Shown here: piece by piece, positions 59,355 through 64,000 of the stretch
How positions within the stretch are numbered: position 1 is the stretch's first letter
How the letters are laid out: every line of letters starts with the position of its first letter
From: a virus
DNA: 64,000 nt
Virus record (IMG/VR): IMGVR_UViG_3300025000_000007
Coordinates: 1 to 64,000 of that record
Reading direction: 5' to 3' (one strand)
Notes under the pieces: generated by a model
Seen by the model: only the letters and a program-made list of their open reading frames with translations
Databases searched by the model: none
What the model was told of the DNA's origin: nothing
Position numbers and translations under genes: made by a program

Positions 59355-59758
59355 TTGTATTTCCCAAATATCTGCTGAAGTTTCGTTTCAAACGCTCTCT
59401 GGATCTCTGCTGTGTTTTCATCGAGTGCAGGTCTAAGATACGGTCTTGCAGCCTGATTGAATCGCCTGCCTCGTTTATCAGGTCCGGTATATCCAAACTC
59501 GATCCTGGCAGCGTAATTCATATCAGAACCGACTTGAGATTCGATCCTTCCTGGTTTTTCGATGTTTTGCAGTTCTTTTATAGAGCGTCTCAGGTTTCCC
59601 GTGTCTACAACGACTCTCATTTTTGCGTCTCTTTCGACGACTGCTGCACCTGCGGAAACGGCTTGCGATAGTGCTTTTTGACATTCATAGTCAATAGCTT
59701 TAAATACTCGTTTGAGTTCGTTAATTCCCTCAATTTTGATCGTGAATCCATCAGCCAC
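59351..59758 (-). CDS. HK97 gp10-like tail completion protein
   Basis: IEGINEL, VDTGNLRRSI, YAARIEFG and ARPYLRPA; GTG start at 59758. Confidence 0.85.
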   Translation of the reverse strand: MADGFTIKIEGINELKRVFKAIDYECQKALSQAVSAGAAVVERDAKMRVVVDTGNLRRSIKELQNIEKPGRIESQVGSDMNYAARIEFGYTGPDKRGRRFNQAARPYLRPALDENTAEIQRAFETKLQQIFGKYK

Positions 59759-60362
59759 GTTTCGACACCGCCTTGAGTGAGGCTTCGATGTGGTCAATGG
59801 ATGATAAAAATAAATTATACAGTGTATCCACTGCTGTGATTTCATAAGTGTGATTATATCCTGGTGTGGTTGTAGTGAGTGTATCACCCGCTTCTACTAC
59901 AGCAGCAGCCGGAAGAAATACCATCGGCTCCGAAACTGTATATTTTCCAGAATCTTGATAAGAAAACGCTCCACCGAATCGACTTGTATTTGAAAACTTA
60001 CACGCATAAGCTGTCGTTTTTGTAGTCTGTGTTGGTGTACCGACTGCATTAGTTTGGGGGACAGAAGCCCCGGATGAGGTAGCACTTCCTGGGGTAAGAA
60101 TGCTTTTATTATCAGTTATAGATTCAGCCTGAAACGTTCCTGAAACAGCGTATATAGTGAGATATCCGGCTGCTGTTCCTGCTGCCCAAGAACCTGATGA
60201 CAAAACTAAACTCTTTATAATCCCGGTTGCGTGCGAGACTGCCCCCGTAAGTGTGTACCCTGCTGTAAATGCTACAGATCCAGCAGTAAAATTAAGGATA
60301 TGATCCTGAGAAGTTGAAAGAATGTTGCAGGTCTGTGTCATGGAAAAGTTAAGGGAGTTCAT
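59751..60362 (-). CDS. Head closure/head-tail joining protein with inserted beta domain
   Basis: Position in the module; C-terminal GD.L....YEI..V...H.E pattern. Confidence 0.6.
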   Translation of the reverse strand: MNSLNFSMTQTCNILSTSQDHILNFTAGSVAFTAGYTLTGAVSHATGIIKSLVLSSGSWAAGTAAGYLTIYAVSGTFQAESITDNKSILTPGSATSSGASVPQTNAVGTPTQTTKTTAYACKFSNTSRFGGAFSYQDSGKYTVSEPMVFLPAAAVVEAGDTLTTTTPGYNHTYEITAVDTLYNLFLSSIDHIEASLKAVSKRG

Positions 60363-60736
60363 TAAGATTCTCCGTCTACGGTTCCAAAACCCATCCTGCC
60401 AGATACGATAGAAAAGCCAGATGATCTATATTTTCTTATATAGTAAGTGGCCTTGTCTTCGTAATCCTGGATATCTTTGTCTATGGTGTTCTGTGCTTCG
60501 GAATTGCCGTTTTTTACTCTGGATGCAAGTTCCCCGGTGGTTCTCATCCTGCGGAGTGTAGCAGCACAAGCAGCGTTTTTCCCTGCAAGTATGAGAGTAG
60601 CATTTGATTCATCTGATGAACCTGCCCTTTCATATACCTCCGTGGCCACATCTGCGATTATCGCGGTGATATCCACATCTGCAAGCGTGGATGAGTATAT
60701 TTTTGCCCGGATGTCAGCAACAGAACACAGAGCCAT
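60362..60736 (-). CDS. Head-tail adaptor
   Basis: LCSVADIR N-terminus, helical, downstream of the capsid gene. Confidence 0.6.
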   Translation of the reverse strand: MALCSVADIRAKIYSSTLADVDITAIIADVATEVYERAGSSDESNATLILAGKNAACAATLRRMRTTGELASRVKNGNSEAQNTIDKDIQDYEDKATYYIRKYRSSGFSIVSGRMGFGTVDGES

Positions 60737-60744
60737 TTAACACC

Positions 60745-60954
60745 TTACTTTCTACCCTTCTCTACTGCCTGTGCAATAATCTCAGGTTCGGCGATCTTTT
60801 CAATTATGATTACGGAGTTTCCGAGCCGTTTAGCCTCTTCTTCAGAGCAAATAAATTCTTGACCGGTTTTATAAACGATCTTGGTTTCTACTCCGTCTAT
60901 AATTTCACCTGTTGCAAGGTGACTAACTCGGACTCTAACTTTGACATTTCCCAT
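60745..60954 (-). CDS. Small head-associated protein
   Basis: Y..G..F..SEEEAKRLG motif directly after the capsid gene. Confidence 0.55.
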   Translation of the reverse strand: MGNVKVRVRVSHLATGEIIDGVETKIVYKTGQEFICSEEEAKRLGNSVIIIEKIAEPEIIAQAVEKGRK

Positions 60955-60958
60955 GTTA

Positions 60959-61828
60959 TCACGACAGATTAGAGGTCTTACATATAGCGTTTGCCTGCTT
61001 GATTCTCAAAACACCTGCTGAAAATACCCTACCACCGATGGGACCGGTTTTCTGGAATTCTGGGGTTTTTGGGTCAGTCTGGAAATCTGCGGTAAGATAG
61101 TAATCCATGTATGGTTCGCCTACCTCAGCAGCAGGACAGACAAAACCCTGTGCGGTAGTAAGAGAAGTGCCCACTGAAATGAGCTTACCACCATTGAGGA
61201 AATCAAGTATGTCAGGGAGTTCTCTAGTTCCGACGGTATCCCTGCTTTTCCTGATTTTCTGGAATGTAGTACTGTTGACAACCCAATTGAGTTTCATACG
61301 GTCAACAGGGACTCCATCATCATCCATGAGGTTTATTGCGCCAGTGAGTGCAGTTGTAGCCACCCCAAACGTCGCAATTGCCGCGCTTGTGGAATAGTCG
61401 TTTCCTGCTCCCTGATAGAGTCCAGGAACTTCATAGGTAGTCCCATCATTGGACACACCGTTGATTATTGCTCCATCTTCTGCTTTTGCTGCCTGATAAG
61501 CTGCGGAAATCGCGTTTGCTGCGTCTACATCGTACCCGTTGAGCATCCAGCCTTCGTAGATTCTGCGGTCAATTTCGTAGTCTTTCCAATAGACCGGAAT
61601 TTTGGAGTTTGTAAGTTCAATGTTGATTGAGTCTTTGTTTCCGCTTGTGAAACCGAAACTGACATATCCATTAGACATCTCGGTAATTTTTCCCCAGTCT
61701 ACTGAGGAAACCCCGAATCCCTGTGGAGCAGTGACGTGGACCAGTTCCCTGCCTTTCAGAACCTGTCTGAGAGGAGGGACAATCTTTTCATCGAGTTTTC
61801 TTGAAAATGCTGTAATTGCGTTTGTCAT
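60959..61828 (-). CDS. Major capsid protein, HK97 fold (encapsulin-like/DUF2184-like)
   Basis: 289 aa; GRELV....G.G, P...KDY.I..R and AA...AKAED..I.NG...GL; position after protease and decoration genes. Confidence 0.8.
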   Translation of the reverse strand: MTNAITAFSRKLDEKIVPPLRQVLKGRELVHVTAPQGFGVSSVDWGKITEMSNGYVSFGFTSGNKDSINIELTNSKIPVYWKDYEIDRRIYEGWMLNGYDVDAANAISAAYQAAKAEDGAIINGVSNDGTTYEVPGLYQGAGNDYSTSAAIATFGVATTALTGAINLMDDDGVPVDRMKLNWVVNSTTFQKIRKSRDTVGTRELPDILDFLNGGKLISVGTSLTTAQGFVCPAAEVGEPYMDYYLTADFQTDPKTPEFQKTGPIGGRVFSAGVLRIKQANAICKTSNLS

Positions 61829-61840
61829 TTTTTAACCACC

Positions 61841-62728
61841 TCAGATCAGGCTCTTAAGAACAATGTCGGCTGCTGCACTTGCTGCGCTTGCTCCCTGCAT
61901 ACATCTACCCACTGGATAGAAACCAGGCGATTCAATAAATACATAAATATCGCCTGCAATCGCGTGGTTTGATGGAGTGTAGACCAAGCTCTTGATTGTT
62001 CCATCAGTCACGTATCCAGTTGGGACTCCATAAAATACAGGGGTCCCGGTTGCGTCTTTAATTTCGACTTCTTCAAGAAGCACACCGACTGTAATGGCGG
62101 CTGCACTCGCATCAACGAGATTGTGATTTACAAGTCCGAGAGCTGCACAAGATTCCCCATCAAGAAGCCCGTCAAGATCGCCGCTTTCTACGGAGTTCTC
62201 GAAACCAACGTCAAGAGTTGCACCACTTGCAAGAGTCGTAACATTCAGCATAGCATCAGTGATTCTCATGCCTGCCGGGAAGTCTATTCCGGTGTCTACG
62301 AGAGCAGTTCCGGAAGCGTTCACGAATGGTACTTTGATTGCATATCTTCCACCGAGAGCTACACCGGGAACTACCTGCCCGTTTGCCCATGGGAAAAGCA
62401 GATCGTTTTTATATGCCACTGTACCCAATGCAAGACCACTAGGCATTTTGATGAGGCAGTCTCCTGATACTACAGGAACCTGATCATTTGCTGCGTATAT
62501 TGTAGTCAGATTGGTCGGCTGATAATTTGCGTCGCACTGTTCAAATCCGAGCCATCCACCTGGGGATTTTATACCGGTTGCAACGACTACATCATCGTCA
62601 TTTGTTCCCTTGATAACGAGTCTGCCGGGGTAACAATTAGTTGCAGTCTCAACTTTCTGAATAAGCGTGGTTGGAGATCCACTCAGTACAATGCGGTTTG
62701 TAGGGGCCTGAACACCAAGATAAGACAT
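61841..62728 (-). CDS. Capsid decoration/cement protein with insertion
   Basis: PGRLV..GT.D...G.L...Y...D.V.V N-part and terminal VG.....A; located between protease and capsid genes. Confidence 0.55.
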   Translation of the reverse strand: MSYLGVQAPTNRIVLSGSPTTLIQKVETATNCYPGRLVIKGTNDDDVVVATGIKSPGGWLGFEQCDANYQPTNLTTIYAANDQVPVVSGDCLIKMPSGLALGTVAYKNDLLFPWANGQVVPGVALGGRYAIKVPFVNASGTALVDTGIDFPAGMRITDAMLNVTTLASGATLDVGFENSVESGDLDGLLDGESCAALGLVNHNLVDASAAAITVGVLLEEVEIKDATGTPVFYGVPTGYVTDGTIKSLVYTPSNHAIAGDIYVFIESPGFYPVGRCMQGASAASAAADIVLKSLI

Positions 62729-62730
62729 AA

Positions 62731-63807
62731 TTAAGCCTCCCATGTTCCATCAGATTTAGGTCTACCTACAGTGAATCCAGTTGAATTCGCCTGATTCGCA
62801 GGATATCTGATCTGAGCTGCGGAAAGTTTCACTGTTCCGAGATCCTGGGCAAGTTTTGAAAGGTCTGCTGCTGAAAGAGTGGTAAAGTCTTCCTGTTTAG
62901 TTTCAAGTCCGAGAGCTTCGCGGGCACTTGCGAACATCTTAAAAGCTTCTTCTCTGACGTTGACGGTTTTCAACTGTTCGTCATGTTCTGCGATAGCTGC
63001 TGCAATTATAGTTTTGAGTTCGGTCATGGGGACGCTTCCTGCTTTCTCTTTTTCAAGAGAGGCAATTAGAGTGGTTTTGGTTTCGAGATCTTTTTCAAGA
63101 GTCTCTTTTGATGCAGTCAATTCAGTTATCTGAGTATTTGCCTCAGTGATCCCGGCTTCTTTTTCAGAAACCGAGGCTGCAAGTTTTGTAACCTGAGTAT
63201 TCAGTTCTTCAATAGTGGATGCAGAAACGGAAGTGGACTTTTTGAGAGTGTCAATTTCCTTCTGCAACTCTACAAGTTTTGAATTAGCTGCCTTTAGTTC
63301 TTCTTCAGGTATGTTTTCACCTTCTGTTGATTGAGATGCTATTAATTGAAAATCAGAAAATAATCGCAATTCCGTGTCACCGTCTGCTGATGCAGCAACC
63401 TGATAATGAGCCTGTGACCATGCTGGATTTTTTACAAGTGTCATGGACTTTACAGAGACTCCGCCCGCCCATCCATCGTTAAGGACAGGATTGGTTTTTG
63501 AGTCACCGTACATGCTCCATTTGAGATCGTTCCATGTTCCTTCCTTCAGTTTTCTTTCGGCAACTGAATCCGTAACTTTGTAACGAGCATATACTCCCTC
63601 TGGAGCTTCCCATGCCGAATCAAAAACGCCTATTCTTCCATTTGGATCTCCGGAATAATCACAAGCGTGCGCTTCACCGGGGCAGATTTTAAGAGAAGAT
63701 GCTTTAATTGTGGAGAGAACGTTGTTTAGTTCCGAAGGGGGGATACCCCAACCGTTAACGTTTTTTATGTCTAGTGGGATTGCTAGACCCTGCACAAAAA
63801 GAGTCAT
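62731..63807 (-). CDS. Prohead protease/scaffold protein
   Basis: N.NGW, H...IG, WS.Y and LV.NPAW protease-like N-domain followed by a long coiled coil. Confidence 0.75.
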   Translation of the reverse strand: MTLFVQGLAIPLDIKNVNGWGIPPSELNNVLSTIKASSLKICPGEAHACDYSGDPNGRIGVFDSAWEAPEGVYARYKVTDSVAERKLKEGTWNDLKWSMYGDSKTNPVLNDGWAGGVSVKSMTLVKNPAWSQAHYQVAASADGDTELRLFSDFQLIASQSTEGENIPEEELKAANSKLVELQKEIDTLKKSTSVSASTIEELNTQVTKLAASVSEKEAGITEANTQITELTASKETLEKDLETKTTLIASLEKEKAGSVPMTELKTIIAAAIAEHDEQLKTVNVREEAFKMFASAREALGLETKQEDFTTLSAADLSKLAQDLGTVKLSAAQIRYPANQANSTGFTVGRPKSDGTWEA

Positions 63808-64000
63808 GGTTATAACATTATATTAGTACAATTTTTTATATAAAGTATATAAGTTGATATATATAAAACTTTTTGAGGAGTTTAAGAGTATTTTGGGGGA
63901 ATTATGAAATTGAAAACAAACTAATATATACTATAGAGTAGTTGTATAGTTAACTAGATAACTAGGGAACTTGATAATATGCGTAAAACAAAGAAGCAGT

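Larger units (their letters stand above)
1..64000. mobile_element. Archaeal tailed virus/provirus (siphovirus-like), probably infecting Methanosarcinales; boundaries lie outside the window
   Basis: Ordered head-tail gene module, many short viral-type ORFs and no cellular housekeeping genes. Promoters are archaeal TATA type (TTTATATA) with GGAGGTGA-like RBS. Paralogous beta-helix domains link the left and right ends. Confidence 0.88.

Noticed and set aside
60959-61828. Cellular encapsulin nanocompartment
   Set aside because: Embedded among protease, head-tail and tail genes, so it is a viral capsid protein.
48600-63200. Numerous plus-strand ORFs in the track opposite structural genes (for example 50196-50825, 55029-55484, 59186-59671)
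   Set aside because: Antisense shadows of long minus-strand genes, with no RBS or recognisable motifs.
1-64000. tRNA/rRNA genes, att sites and pyrrolysine (TAG) read-through
   Set aside because: No cloverleaf, rRNA or paired att repeats recognised by eye, and no TAG-split gene was evident; tRNAscan-SE and flanking sequence are needed to be certain.

Overview
The whole window reads as part of one archaeal tailed dsDNA virus or provirus (siphovirus-type Caudoviricetes). The host is most likely in the Methanosarcinales, inferred from TATA-box promoters, GGAGGTGA-type ribosome sites, oligo-T terminators and disaggregatase-like beta-helix proteins. Right arm (48.6-63.8 kb, minus strand): protease/scaffold, decoration protein, HK97-fold capsid, head-tail joining proteins, tail tube, frameshifted tail chaperone, tape measure, baseplate proteins and a beta-helix tail spike. 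Portal, terminase and a tyrosine integrase are not in the window. Middle: an array-less type IV-B CRISPR-Cas operon (csf1, cas11, csf2, csf3, cysH-like), a putative lysis cassette, nucleotide and DNA metabolism genes (ERCC4 nuclease, thymidylate-synthase-like enzyme with a dCMP-type Asp, dNMP kinase), a candidate origin, a candidate structured ncRNA, and a separate fibre-like cassette with a DGR-type variable repeat next to a serine recombinase. Left end: a compact T4SS/Ced-like transfer operon (pilin-like, VirB6-like, small membrane protein, VirB4 ATPase with a C-terminal nuclease-like domain). Beside it is a membrane-anchored surface protein built from a paralog of the virus's tail-spike domain plus a paralog of its putative lysin domain. 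This link between transfer module and virion enzymes is the best candidate for an undescribed system. All family assignments come from reading motifs by eye; no database search was run.
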